Origin: Chrysomallon squamiferum
Lineage: Eukaryota > Animalia > Mollusca
DNA: 64,000 nucleotides
Reading direction: 5' to 3'
Assembly: GCA_012295275.1 (NCBI GenBank)
Contig: CM022672.1
Coordinates: 620,001 to 684,000, forward strand
A program made the translations under genes and the position numbers. Positions 29,902 to 44,007 of the stretch are shown here, piece after piece. Within the stretch, counting starts at the first letter, position 1; each line of letters begins with the position of its first letter. The notes beneath the pieces were generated by a model. It had not been told where the DNA came from. It saw nothing but the letters and a program-made list of their open reading frames with translations, and ran no database searches.

Positions 29902-30947
29902 ATGTGTTGATACAAGTTTTTACGACTGAAACGTGCACTCTGTGACGTCTGTGTTGATACCAGTTTATCTTTATGACTGAAACGTGCACTCTGTGACGTC
30001 TGATGTGTTGATACAAGTTTGTCTTTATGACTGAAACGCGCACTCTGTGACGTCTGTGTTGATACAAGTTATCTTTACGACTGAAACGCGCACTCTGTGA
30101 CGTCTGTGTTGATACAAGTTATCTTTACGACTGAAACGCGCACTCTGTGACGTCTGTGTTGATACAAGTTATCTTTACGACTGAAACGTGCACTCTGTGA
30201 CGTCTGATTTGTCGATACAAGTTGTCTTTACGACTGAAACGCGCACTCTGTGACGTCTGTGTCGATACAAGTTGTCTTTACGACTGAAACGTGCACTCTG
30301 TGACGTCTGTGTTGATACAAGTTATCTTTACGACTGAAACGTTTGATGTGTCGATACAAGTTGTCTTTACGACTGAAACGTGCACTCTGTGACGTCTGAT
30401 GTGTTGATACAAGTTGTCTTTACGACTGAAACGTGCACTCTGTGACGTCTGTGTTGATACAAGTTATCTTTACGACTGAAACGTTTGATGTGTCGATACA
30501 AGTTGTCTTTACGACTGAAACGTGCACTCTCTGACGTCTGTGTTGATACAAGTTGTCTTTACGACTGAAACGTGCACTCTGTGACGTCTGATGTGTTGAT
30601 ACAAGTTGTTTTACGACTGAAACGTGCACTCTGTGACGTCTGTGTTGATACAAGTTGTCTTTACGACTGAAACGTTTGAAACGACTGCACTCTGTGACGT
30701 CTGATGTGTTGATACAAGTTGGTTTTACGACTGAAACGTGCACTCTGTGACGTCTGATGTGTTGATACAAGTTGTTTTACGACTGAAACGTGCACTCTGT
30801 GACGTCTGATGTGTCGATACAAGTTGTCTTTACGACTGAAACGTGCACTCTGTGACGTCTGTGTTGATACAAGTTGTCTTTACGACTGAAACGTGCACTC
30901 TGTGACGTCTGATGTGTTGATACAAGTTGTCTTTACGACTGAAACGT
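29902..30947. repeat. Minisatellite, 50/53-bp unit, about 20 copies
   Basis: tttacgactgaaacgtgcactctgtgacgtctg(at g)tgttgatacaagttgtc with period 50 (30074, 30124, 30174). Some units are internally deleted. Confidence 0.95.
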
Positions 30948-31913
30948 CTGGTACACAGGTGACACACGAAGTCCAGAGACTTTTCATGTATAGTTCTGCG
31001 ATGTCGTTGTAGATGATGCAGTTTGCCGAATGCACGACCACACGTCGCACATACAAATGGATAAACGTTTTCTGAGATATTCGTGTCATGAATTCGCTTT
31101 CTGAAAGAAAATATTCAGAATTAGAAAAAAAGAAAGTGGAAGTTTGATATTTATTGTATAGACGCTGTTTAGTGTGAAATACAATTTTACTTTTACCTTT
31201 GTACGATCTGAATGTTAGAAACGAAAGAAACACACAACATTGACAGCCTATAAATAGGATGTTCAAAATGTGTGTATGTGTGTTAATTTTGAAAAACGAA
31301 CTTTTGAAAGTCCAAGGGATAGTAATGGATACTCCTTTAGCAACACCAGCTACTTTTTCTGCAAGCAATTTTTTCTTCAATCACTCTGGGCGATAGATAA
31401 AAACTATAATATAATATTGTAAATACAAACGTTTTATTGATATTTCTTGACAACAGTTTAAGAACAATACTGATAAATGTAAAAATATGTTTAAACAATA
31501 AAATCTCTTATACATAGCAATAACAAGTACAATGGCAAGAAACAAATAAATATTATTAAACAGATTAAATACAGTTCACTGGAATGTTGACTGAAAAATA
31601 TCTCTGCTTTCCTGTACAGACTCTGAGTTCAGTGTAATCATGTAATAAATAGTATGTGAACAGTTTAGAAACAAACAAATAACAACAACAAAATAATAAT
31701 GAGATTAAAAAAAGAGAAAGAAAGAAAGAAAGAAAGAAAGAAAAACAAAAAAACAAAAAACAAATATGGAACAAAAAAATAAATGCAACAAATGTGTTCT
31801 TATTTCCAATCCGCACTTGAATGAAAAACTGAATACATGAAAAAATAAAAAAATAAAAATAATCAAAATTAATAAAGAATAATTAAAAAAATAATAATAA
31901 AAAAATAATAATA

Positions 31914-31958
<45 letters not shown>

Positions 31959-32835
31959 CATAATAAAATAACTAAACAAAAATAAAGAAGAAAGAATAAA
32001 GAATTTTTCTTTAACTATTAAATGTCAAACAAATATGTTAATTTACTTCTTCTTGCATTTTTTTTTTTAGTTGTAAGTTGTTAAATTATAATTATGATAA
32101 TTCCTCAGAAGTCTGATTAACAGAAACAAATATTTTATATGTAACTTCCTATACACAGCACAGCACATACCATAGACTCTGACAAAAATTAACTGCAGTT
32201 GAAACATTCAGTTTCAAAAACTGATTAGAATAAATGAATGAATGAATGAACATATTAACAAACAAATAAACACACAAACAATAAATTAATAAATAATGAT
32301 GATGATGATAATAATAGTAATAATAGTAAATAATAATAACAACAATAACTGAGATATGTAGAATATAAATTAATTCATACTATCTCAGATATTAATCATA
32401 TTCATTAAAGTGTGTCTGTTGTGTTAAAATGAAAGAACAAAACAATATCGTGTTTTGTTTAGATAATAAATGAAGACAACATGATTTGTGATAAACCAGA
32501 AGCAATCACAGACTGACATAAATAAACAAAGTCTACAACAGTGAGAAACAGAACCTGTGAACAACATGAGTAAATTACACAGCTACAAATACGTAATGAA
32601 AATGTAACAATGATTAACAAGATTTGATTGTGTTTTGTTTTTTCTCTTTGTGATGTTGTTGCTACTGAGTGTGTTTACAACATCAACATGTTGAATGATG
32701 TACAGTAGTTTTCATTTTCATACACTGATCTGTTACATCAGAGGTAAACAATACTAATAAATTATTAAATTAAGTATAGATATATTAAAAAAACAAAATA
32801 AAACAAAGAAATTTAAAAAGATGGAAACCCAATAA

Positions 32836-32866
<31 letters not shown>

Positions 32867-32952
32867 AATGTTATTAAATAAGTAAAAAAAAAAAATAAAA
32901 AAAAAAAATAAAATAAAAATTATATTACAGGTTAAAGGGACATTTAGCCAAA

Positions 32953-33058
32953 TATCCCTTGGCAGAGATCAGCTCAAATGGACATTTGGATGGATACTGC
33001 TGGTTCTCCAGTGATATTCATCCAAATGTCAATCTGAGCTTTTCTCTGCCAGAGGATA
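32953..33058. repeat. Imperfect inverted repeat / hairpin, ~50-bp arms with 4-nt loop
   Basis: ggcagagatcagctcaaatggacatttggatggatactgctgg versus reverse complement of the right arm ggcagagaaaagctcagattgacatttggatgaatatcactgg. Confidence 0.8.
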
Positions 33059-33871
33059 CCCAGACTAGTAAAAATCAGAAATATTTTACAAGTGACAGTT
33101 TCAACAATCAGTAAAGCTTTAAATAACAACATGTCATAAAAATTTCTGTATCAATAGACATATTTTTTTTAAAAAGTCATGAACAGCAAGAAATCTTTAT
33201 GTAACTTCAAACAGGCAGAACACAAATCTGTGATGAAATAGCTTGACTGAGAGTAATTCTAGATCAAAGTACAAACACTCTACCTTTGGCTTATATCTAT
33301 TGTAATAGATAAACAGATAAACAGACAAATAGACAGACAAACAAATAAACAAACAAACAAACAAATAAATAAATAAGAAGGTTAAAATTAAAATGTAAAC
33401 TTATATACATTTAAATTTTATCTAAGTAAAAAATCAATTAAGATTTAAAAATAATGTTTTAAACATATATGATATTAATAAATAAATAAATAAATAAATA
33501 AATATTACACTAATTTGAAAGTATTTTTTTTATAAAAGATCAAGACAAATCTCCTAATAAACTTGTCAATCAGTTTTCACTTTGAACCCACACCTATACA
33601 TATTTGTGACAGGCTTAATAGCTGTCAGTCTGATTTTCATATTTGAGTGTTCTGCCTACATATGATCTTATTGGGCTATTAGCTGTCAGCCTTCACATAA
33701 AAAACACGCCCACACTGGGAACACTGTCTAATGTCAGGTGACTTCTTTCTTCCATTCGCTGCTAGATGTCAAGTCAGTCTAAACAAAAACAAATTTACAA
33801 ACTGTAAATGAATAAGTTAAAAAGAATTAGATACTAAAAATAAAAATTCTGATGAAAAAATAATAATATAA

Positions 33872-33902
<31 letters not shown>

Positions 33903-34287
33903 TATACACATATTTACAGATGCACACACTTATTCATTTAAAGTTAAGACCTGACAAGAAAATAAGTGGTGGTAAATTCTGACAAAAAAAAATAAAATAA
34001 AATGAAATAAAAACAAATTAGAGATCTCTGTTTGAATAATAAATATAACAAGATAACTTTCACATTCAGTAAAGAAATGGGAAAAATGGATTCTCACATT
34101 ATGTTAAAAAAAACAAGTGGGGTATCCAGGGATCCACTGGTGGATTAGACACAAATCTTTGCAGTCAAAAAATGTAGCAATTTCTGATCTTGAATTCTAA
34201 TCAGATGTTAGTTTTGTTTGTAAAAATATCTGCAGTAATTCAGTGTCACCTTTAATAACATATGATAGTATATCTATGTATGTATGT

Positions 34288-34576
34288 TTATATATGTAAA
34301 TGTCTCTCTAAAGAACTTACTTGCTTGCTGTAGAGGAGACCAGACAGAGATCTGTAGTGTGTTTTGATGTGTTTGTTTAACACGTCTTTCCTACAGAACA
34401 TCTTGGCACACACAGGACAGGAATGACACAACATCTTCTCGTGGACACTTCTCTCGTGTCGCACAAGATGATGTCGCGACGAGAACTGCTTCTTACACAC
34501 ACTGCACTCGTGATGATGATAATGATGATGACGACTTCGTAAATGAGTGAGGTCATGTGACTTGATCACGAGCAAT
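34288..34576 (-). CDS. Alternative terminal exon ZF-A: two C2H2 zinc fingers
   Basis: Acceptor cttcatttcAG|A TTG (AG 34578-34577, phase 2). CSVCKKQFSSRHHLVRHERSVH ... CPVCAKMFCRKDVLNKHIKTH. His-rich run before finger 1. Own stop codon. Confidence 0.85.
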
Positions 34577-34959
34577 CTGAAATGAAGTAGGCATGTCACT
34601 GCTGTGTACAGTTGATATGAGATCAAGTCAGAGATGAGTTTAAGATAAATGTCATTATTACGTATCTCTTTACAAACACAATATTTTTTATATTTGTATA
34701 TAATTTTAATAATCATATATCATGTACATTGAATTAATATAATTATATAATGTTTGAAAGTGAATGTATATGAGCACTGTAATACATAGCTAGGTCAGTT
34801 ATTAAAAAAACAAAAGACAGCCTTTCTGTGATAATACATTAATGAAGCCATGAAACAGATTGTAAATTCTTCCAACATCATCTCATAAAATATCAGTTAC
34901 AGTCAAATCAGCTTGGAAACATTTATTTTAACTCACTTTCTTTGATTGATTGAGTTGAG

Positions 34960-35176
<217 letters not shown>

Positions 35177-35549
35177 TTGTATCCAGTACTGACAGATAAA
35201 GGTGTTTGAAAAAAGAAGTAAAATACTGCTGTTGTTGACAAGATACTTACACTCACAAACTTTTCTTCTCACTTCGTTTTCCATCAACAAGTTCATCATG
35301 GCTATTAGTTTGTTTTTTCACTTTTGTTTTCAAATAAAAATGTATTTGTATTATTGCTTTCTTTCTTTGTTGTAGCTGATTTTCTTTTTTATTGTTATTT
35401 TTTAAATTTTTTTTTTTTTTTTTATTTGTATGTGCCAACACATTTAAATGTTAAACTGGAGATTAAAGAAAACAAATGTTAAAGAAATGCAAAAAAATTA
35501 CATTTCCATGTTTATTAGTATGTTTTTATTTATGTTTTTGTTTCAATTT

Positions 35550-36150
35550 TATTATTATTATTATTATTATTAGTAATAGTAATAGTAGTAGTAGTAGTAG
35601 TGGTGGTAGCTGTAGTAAAAGTACTACTAGTAGAGTTATGTAGCAGAAATGGTAATAACAACAGTAGTGGTAATTAGTAGAAGCAATAATCGAAGTAACA
35701 GGAATATTAGTAGCAGTAGCAGCATTAGTATTTGTAACAGTAGTAGTAATAATAATAACAATAGCAATACTATTAGTATTTGTATTAGTAGTAGTAGTAA
35801 CAATAACAATAGCAGTACCATTAGTATTTGTATTAGTAGTAGTAATAACAATAGTAGTATCATTAGTATTTGTAATAGAAGTAGTAATAATAACAATAGT
35901 AGTATCATTAGTATTTGTAATAGTAGTAGTAATAATAACAATAGTAGTATCATTAGTATTTGTAATAGTAGTAGTAATAATAACAATAATAGTATCATTA
36001 GTATTTGTAATAGAAGTGTTTGTAACAGTAGTAGTAGTAATAATAACAACCGTTAGTGTTTGTAACAGTAGTACTATTAGTATTTGTAATAATAGTAGTA
36101 GTAATACTAACAATATCAGTAGTATTAGTATTAGTAGTAGCAGCAAAAGT
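35550..36150. repeat. Low-complexity (AGT/AAT)-based compound repeat with ~42-45-bp higher-order unit
   Basis: agtagtatcattagtatttgtaatagtagtagtaataataacaat recurs several times. Confidence 0.85.
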
Positions 36151-36552
36151 ATTATTATTAATTTTGTTAAAGTTCTTTTTTCAGATTTTTACAGTCTAAA
36201 AAAGACAAACACTGAACTGTCATCTGTTTCAGTTTACAAAGTTAACTAATTGCCACTGTAACAAACAAAACAAAAATAATAAAAAAATAAAAACAACGAC
36301 AAACAAAATATAGATTTTTTGTTTGAAAGAGGCTGATGGAAAGTGTGTTTATTAAGCTGTGTTAGTCATCGTGGCATTTGCCTGTGGGCAAGGCAAACTG
36401 TGAAAATCAGAGTAACTCAGTACAAAAATCTCAAAAGCATTTCTTTAAATCTCACCAGGAAACTTCAACACAGAATAAAAAAATAAGTTGCAAGAACAAT
36501 TAAAAAAAATTATTAAAAAAACCAAGAAAAAAACACAAAGATAATATATTTA

Positions 36553-36614
<62 letters not shown>

Positions 36615-38289
36615 ACACATAATATATATATACATACATATATATATATATAAAACATTAATTATTAATTACATATTTGGAAAAATTAATTGTTTTTATT
36701 GATTATTATTTTGATAATTTAGTTGATAACCTCAACAAGTATACAATAACAACTGTTACAGAAAGTTACAGAATGTTTGTATTTGTGTTTATGTTATGGT
36801 TAGATAAACAACACATCAGTATTTGTAAAATAATATAACTAAACAACATTTACTGATTTCAGTATGTGTTTGATTTGTAAGCATGTGAGCCTTTGTGTTA
36901 ATATGACTGTCTTTTTGTGTTTGTTAATATGTTTGTCTGTTAATATGTATGTCTGTCTGCGTGTGTATATTAATGTATGTGTTTGTACAAATTAACGAGT
37001 TTTTAGTGTATTAATATGTGATGAAGTTCTCCATGTTCCAGATTACAGAAGACAAACACTGACTGAAAACTGTATTAGTACTAAGTAATGGGGTTAAAAG
37101 ATTTGACTGACGTGTTTACTTGGTGATGTATTACATACACATTGTACTGATGTGTTTACTTGGTGACATTCAGGAATTAATCCTGTCCACTATATAGGTA
37201 AATGATATACTGGCTACTTTGTGTTTGTTCTTTATTCAGATATGAGAGAGATAGGCAGATAGATAGGTAGCTAAACAGACAGAGAGAGAAAGAAAGAAAA
37301 AGACACAGAGAGGGAATAAAAATGGAAAAACACATTATGTAAATGGTGACAGTAAAAAAAATGAGAAGGGGAAAGCAAAGTGACAGAAAGAATCAATATT
37401 AGTAACAAGTTTATAAGTAAAAAACTGACACTGGTGGTGAAAGTGAGTTAAACTAAGCTGCTTTCACTAAAATGTTTATCTACTGACGTCACAAGTCTGA
37501 TTTCACTACTAGTCAACTAAATAAAGCAGTAAAACATTCCAAATTCTCTGTTTAGAAAGAAATGTTAAACTGTAAACAATTTTTTTTTTCTGACTGTATC
37601 TTTGTAAAAATATAAAACACAAAGCATATCTTTAGTTTTGACTATTTCATTTTTTTTATAAAAAAAAGCCCCCAAAACCCCTCAATAAAACAAACAGATA
37701 ATGACATTTGTCTAACAAACAAAAACCAACCAACCAACCAAATAAATAAACAAAACAAAGAGATAAGGAAAGAACCTCATTAAACAAAAACTTTATTTAC
37801 CACAAATATGATAATTCCGAGTTAAATTTCTTCCAGGAATTCCACAACAGAACTCCAATAAACTCATCACAAATGAATCCATCAGAACAAAAAACTGAGT
37901 AAAACTGTTCAGTATGTGTACAATGATTTTACAATCCACAGAAATTAGTAAACAAAAACAAAAACTCTTCATCCTCCAGTCTCTTTATCTACACTGACAG
38001 CTTTAACAGTGACAATATATTTCAGAATCTCTGGTGTGTTGTATCAATACATCAGAAAACCAGTAAGAGGTCAGGTACTGTAGTTTCCTTAGTACATAAC
38101 AGTTAACATGGCAAACTATTCTTTTTGAAGTATTTTTTATCAAGTTTTTCTTGAATTAATTGATTAATTAATGTATGTCATTCGTTTAAAATCTCCAGTC
38201 TACAAAGACATTTTTTTAAATTACTACTATGTATAGTTTAGTGCTTGTTTATTCATTATCTTTTATTTTTTTACCAACTCTGTATTCTG

Positions 38290-38685
38290 CAAGTAGATTC
38301 ATCATGTTTTAAGAGATTCAGTTTTTCTACAAGTGGATACATCATTTTTTTCTACAAGAGATTCATTATTTTTCTTCATGTTATCCTACTAGCATGCTCA
38401 TATTTTCGTACTAATATATTCATTGTTTTCCTTCTAGTAGATTCATTGTTTTCCTTTTAGTAGATTTGTTCTTCCAGTAAATTCATGTTTTTCTTTTAGT
38501 AAATTCATTGTTTTTCTTTTAGTAGATTCATTGTTTTTCTTTTAATAGATTCATCGTGTTTTTCTTTTAATAGATTCATCATGTTTTTCTTTTAATAGAT
38601 TCATGTTTTTCTTTTAGTAGATTCATCATATTTTTCTTTAATAGATTCATCATGTTTTTCATTTAGTAGATTCAGCATGTTTTTC
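38290..38685. repeat. Degenerate 22-25-bp minisatellite
   Basis: tagattcatcatgtttttctttta(a/g) repeated. Confidence 0.85.
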
Positions 38686-38691
38686 CACAGC

Positions 38692-38856
38692 TCATTTCCT
38701 GTTGTTATCTTTTCCAGTGTATGTGTGGCCACAGTGACAACATAAGAATCGTGTTTCTTGCTGGTGGATGGTGCTGTAATGTCGCTGTCCTCGGTGTGTG
38801 AATGTCTTACCACACACAGGACTACTGTCATCACTGTCAACTGTGTAATGCTGGCC
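38692..38856 (-). pseudogene. Decayed zinc-finger-pair pseudo-exon of the array
   Basis: Acceptor ttgtttttcAG (38858-38857). Reading from the first exon base gives GQHYTVDSDDSSPVCGKTFTHRGQRHYSTIHQQETRFLCCHCGHTYTGKDNNRK*. The first Cys is lost, helix 1 is shortened, finger 2 stops before its His residues, and the ZF frame is shifted relative to the phase-2 frame. Confidence 0.7.
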
Positions 38857-38920
38857 CTGAAAAACAATTATCTACACTGTAATGTGTGTGAGGTCTTATC
38901 ACATGTAATGTTTGTGTGTG

Positions 38921-39089
<169 letters not shown>

Positions 39090-39407
39090 ATTTGTATAAC
39101 TTTGGAGACAAGACGTTACTTTCTAGTTAATTTTCTAGAGAGAGAGAGAGAAAGAGTAACTATTTTAAAATCCAAACCTAACATACATCAAAACCTCAGA
39201 GACCAAGGTTTTTTCTTATTTGCTTAATAACTGTAGTTAATTCGATTATCAAGAATGTTAACAGCCACATTAAATCTAAGCTGTGAAAAGTTCAGAACAG
39301 TAACAATGTGGCTGTATGTTGCTGGCTTTCAAACTGCTTAGAATCACAACATAAATGAGAAGTAGACTGATGAGAAATAGAAAGAGAATAGCTCTCAAAC
39401 AGTATAT

Positions 39408-39497
<90 letters not shown>

Positions 39498-39711
39498 GTT
39501 AAAATGATGATGATACATGAAGATACAACAGATATAAGTACTTGAATACTTCATGAAACTTATTATGTAAACTAATTTTAACAGTGTATTACTGTATAAC
39601 ATATTTTCAAGAAAATGAATGAAATGATGAATTTCTCAAGTTGTATTAAAGAAATATTGTCAATGAAATTTACCCCCTAAATACCCACCCAGCTGCCCTA
39701 GTAACCCTGCC

Positions 39712-39949
39712 TCACAGAGTGGACAGGGCAGACTCGTGTAAGCGTGAATTCAGGTGGGCTATCAGGTGGCCTTTCTGCAGGAAACGCTGACCACACAGAG
39801 TGCAGCTGTACTTGCGCCGCTGCTCGTGTACAAAGCGGCAGTGTCTGCTGAGGTTGGCGCGGTCGTTGTATTGTTTATTACACAAGTTACACACAAACAT
39901 TTGACCTTGGCTCCTACCTGCACACTTTGAAAGCGAGTAGACAGTTCGC
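39712..39949 (-). CDS. Alternative terminal exon ZF-B: two C2H2 zinc fingers
   Basis: Acceptor tttctgtttcAG|G CGA (AG 39951-39950, phase 2), open into MFVCNLCNKQYNDRANLSRHCRFVH...CTLCGQRFLQKGHLIAHLNSRLH. Stop. Confidence 0.85.
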
Positions 39950-40040
39950 CTGAAACAGAAATTAATCAGAGAGTTACATCAACATCTACCTGCCACTCTT
40001 CTACTTTATAGTGATGTCCAGTTTCTTATTACACTTAAAG

Positions 40041-40244
40041 TCCTGTACACAACTGTCATCACCAGTTTCTCATTATAGTTTGTAACATGAACATCCTGTA
40101 CACATCTGTCATCACCAGTTTCTCATTATAGTTTGTAACACGAAAGTCCTGTACACAACTGTCATCACCAGTTTCTCATTATAGTTTGTAACACAAACGT
40201 CCTGTACACATCTGTCATCACCAGTTTCTCATTATAGTTTGTAA
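40041..40244. repeat. 53-bp tandem repeat, about 4 copies
   Basis: tcctgtacaca(a/t)ctgtcatcaccagtttctcattatagtttgtaa at 40041, 40094, 40147 and 40200. Confidence 0.92.
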
Positions 40245-41297
40245 TAAAAAAGTTAAGAAAACCTTAGTATGAAAGACACTGCTAGATATACAGTGTAAGA
40301 TATATGAATATATTATTAACAAACTTAGTAATTAGTATGACAGAACTGCAGCTAGAGAGATGTTTCTTACACAAACCAGACATACTGAACTCTGTAATTC
40401 TGAGCAACTACTTAGTAAAACATGTCACTAAGTTGTTTAGTTTACACCAGAGATAATCACACATAATGATACACTAGTCTGAATTTACAGGTCACTTTCT
40501 GACAAGGTTTGAGGTGCACTTGGAAAAATGAACATTGTTTATTAATGATAAACCTCAAGTACCTTTAATGACACCTGTGTAATTGACAATATTCACTTTC
40601 TCTGTCTTCAGTTATCACATAACAGTCACAAAATACTTGCAGCAGACTCCTGGATATATCATAGCTTACTTTCATCAACTGTACCCAAAATGACTAGGTA
40701 TCAGTTAACTGTACATAAAATTTGCTGTCAGATGATGGTACTGATTCTTTGAATGTCAAATATAAGCTATTTAACAGATTCCATTATGTTATTCAAAGGA
40801 AATGCATAATTGAGTACAGATAAGTCCATGATGATGATGATAATAGTAAAGAAAATAAATAAATTAAAAACGTGCAATTTACCTAGTTAATGTCATCATT
40901 TTCAATATTATATCTTTGTAAGAAAAGAAATCACAACTAAACCATCTAGTCACTAAATAGCAGAAAGGAGTTTTTTTTTCTTTCTTAACCTCTACTGTTC
41001 TAAGTTTATATTTTCCACCAACATTATTGCTGACACTTTTTGTTTTCTTGGGCACCATATTGGATAGGGTATAATAAAAAAAATATTCACGTAAAAGCAG
41101 CAAAACTTTAAAAGAAGCAAGAGCACAATATCAATGCAAAACCTATCGAAGACTAAAGGCCCTAATTCATGATATATATTTGCTATAGGGCATGCCTATA
41201 ATAATTACTTTGACCTTGGTAAGCATCTGTTCTTATCTTTACTATATGTTGACATGAAAACCTATGTCAAAAGAAAGCTCACCTTGGAGCATCACTG

Positions 41298-41395
41298 TAG
41301 TTTGTAACTCGGGACATTATTCATAAACCAAGACAAAAATTGCCCATGATCACAGTTTGTAATCCGAGGCATTCATAACCCGAGGTACCACTGTA
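41298..41395. mobile_element. Possible terminal fragment of a pogo/Tigger-like MITE
   Basis: Ends in CGAGGTACCACTG-TA (reverse complement TA-CAGTGGTACCTCG), with subterminal repeats gtttgtaa(c/t)(t/c)cg. No partner TIR found. Confidence 0.4.
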
Positions 41396-41701
41396 ACAGA
41401 AACATTCAGATTTATTAGACACTGTAACTGTTCATTATCATCATGTGTTTATTTCATAAGAACAGAATCATCAAACATGATATAAGACACTCCAATCATC
41501 ACCTGTTTAACAAAAGATCTCTTTTCCTTTGACAAGTATTTGCAAATCACTGTATAACACTGTATAACACACAGGTTTCTGAAAACATGAAATGTCAGAA
41601 CAGATTAAAAACGTATGTTTGTTAAACAGAAACACAAGCTGTATTAGTGTAAAGTGAAAACAGACATCACACACTGTAGATACAAGAAGAATTGAGATAT
41701 T

Positions 41702-41930
41702 TCATCTGGTTTGTTTTTTCAGAGTAGTGGGAGACTGGTGCAGTTTGGAGTTGACATGTTGTATTAAACCGTCTTTGCGATTAAACTGTCGACCACACAG
41801 GGGACATGGAAATTTCTCTCTCTGTTCGTGGATACTTCTCAGATGTCTTCTGAAGTTACTTCTGTCACTAAAACTCTTGTCACACAACTCACACACAAAG
41901 TAGGAACGTGCTGCCTTGTCCAGAGTCTTC
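41702..41930 (-). CDS. Alternative terminal exon ZF-C: two C2H2 zinc fingers
   Basis: Acceptor tttgttctgctttgcAG|G AAG (AG 41932-41931, phase 2); a second in-phase acceptor would start the exon at 41969. CELCDKSFSDRSNFRRHLRSIH...FPCPLCGRQFNRKDGLIQHVNSKLH. Confidence 0.87.
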
Positions 41931-42171
41931 CTGCAAAGCAGAACAAAGCAGTTATGGAGATGTCGCAGTCTGCAGTTTAAACAATAAAAACAAAGACAGG
42001 TTCTCACTGCTGTACTGTGACTTAACTAATGTTTAAATTTGTGTTTCTAAATAACTGTCCAGAGTTTTTGGTAGTTTTCTATTTCATATGATAACCTGGA
42101 GATAGGCTAAAAGTAACTTGTTTTGATTAGTAGCAAAGTATTAGATATAAAACTGTTATAACAAATAATCA

Positions 42172-42503
42172 GTAGTTTGTTTTAACATGAAATAACTGCG
42201 GTTTGGTATAAAATTGTAATAGATTTAATAGTTTGTTTTAACATTATGTAACTGCAGTTTGGTATAAAATTGTAATAGATTTAATAGTTTGTTTTAACAT
42301 TATGTAACTGCAGTTTGGTATAAAATTGTAATAGATTTAATAGTTTGTTTTAACATTATGTAACTGCAGTTTGGTATAAAATTTTAATAGATTTAACAGT
42401 TTGTTTTAACATTATGTAACTGCAGTTTGGTATAAAATTGTAATAGATTTAATAGTTTGTTTTAACATTATGTAACTGCAGTCTGGAATAAAATTGTAAT
42501 AGA
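42172..42503. repeat. 56-bp tandem repeat, about 6 copies
   Basis: aatagtttgttttaacattatgtaactgcagtttggtataaaattgtaatagattt with period 56. Confidence 0.92.
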
Positions 42504-44007
42504 GTTGTTGTGGTCAGGTAGAAAATGATCACAGTGCTAATCAGTAGTTGTTGTACCAGGTAACTGATGTGTTTATCTTCACTAACATGTTCCTATCATC
42601 TGTTACAAAACAACATGTTTTACTTGCTGGTGTCACATTTTTGACAGTGCAGGTCTACAGTACATTACTGAAGACAATAACAGCCTCAATAAAGTACAAA
42701 AATATTGTGTTGAACATGTTTCTTACAAGTAAATCAAGTAAACTGTTCCCAGTGATGTGGATATAAAGTGGAGGATCTGTAAGTGTTGTAGAGCAGTTAT
42801 CTGTTTTACGATTGACTCAAATTGGTGAAAGATTCCCACAGTGATCTTAAAATCCAATGTTACAATGTCCAAATAAATATTCAGTCATAGGAGACAAAGA
42901 TGAATGAAAAAGAAGACAGAGAAAATTAGAAGAAAAAAAAAGAAGACGAAATGAAAGAGAAAAAAGACTAAATGAAAGTAGTCACATTACATCTAGTAAG
43001 ATTACCATCATGTGAAATCAACGACATTTATTTATTTAGTTAAACAAATACAAAAATCTGTAACAAAAAAAAAAACATCCAGAAAATATTTATATTAAAT
43101 ATATAATTCTAATACACATAAAAATTGAATCTATATTTATTGTTGAACAACTTTTTGCCTTTATATCAAAGTCAAAATACTACAAATGACACTGAAATTA
43201 ATTCCATTCCTTAAAATGATGTTTTTTTTTTTTTTTTTTTTAAAAAGGATTATTTATTAGTATCTATGTTTATTTTTAAATAAGTTAATGATACAGAAAA
43301 TACAGAAATTCCACTCAGTGAAGATAATTTTTTATTTTATAATTTTTGTTTTTGTCAAAGGATTATGACAGGCACATACTGGGGTTGTATCCTCTACTGC
43401 AGTCTTCAATTTGTGTTTTGACAAACTGTATGGACATTACTCAAGATTTCTTTTTCAATTATGAAATATTATTCAGCATTTTCTGTCAGACATCATAAAC
43501 AGTAAGGAAATAAATCAGGATTGTATTCCTCTTTTATTTTTATCTCATGTTTGTCCTAAGTATGGACAGAGATTTGTTGAAAATGGCACAAGCTGTACTG
43601 TATATAATATTACTGGAGGAGAAAAAATTCTTCATTTCTCCAGAGCATTTTTTAAATTTAATATTTTTATTTATTTATTTATTTATTTATTTTTTGTTAC
43701 TCTAGAAATTATTCAGTGTGATTTTACACTACATCTTGTGTGTGAAGAAAAAAGTGGAAGCTGACTGAACAAAGCAGATAATTCACTTCTGTCAGGTTAT
43801 GTGTGCTGACATGCAATGTGTAGTCAGAACTGTGACAGAAAACAACAAAAAAACTATTTTATATTTACTTTGTTGTCACATTGTACTCTGGTTTGTGTAT
43901 TAACAGAACCATTACACTTCAGACAACCAGTACAAAATAAAAATGTAATTGTTTACTGACCTAGGTGTTTCACTTATAGACATTTATTATTATTCTTCTT
44001 TTTACAC

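Noticed and set aside
29902-30947. Possible CRISPR array or His/Cys-rich coding repeat
   Set aside because: Units are head-to-tail with no unique spacers, the context is eukaryotic, and the 50-bp period is not a multiple of 3, so the ORFs are artefacts.
42600-42660. 'LHCQKCD' on the minus strand as another decayed ZF exon
   Set aside because: Only a CxxC followed by a stop; no helix or His residues, so consistent with chance.
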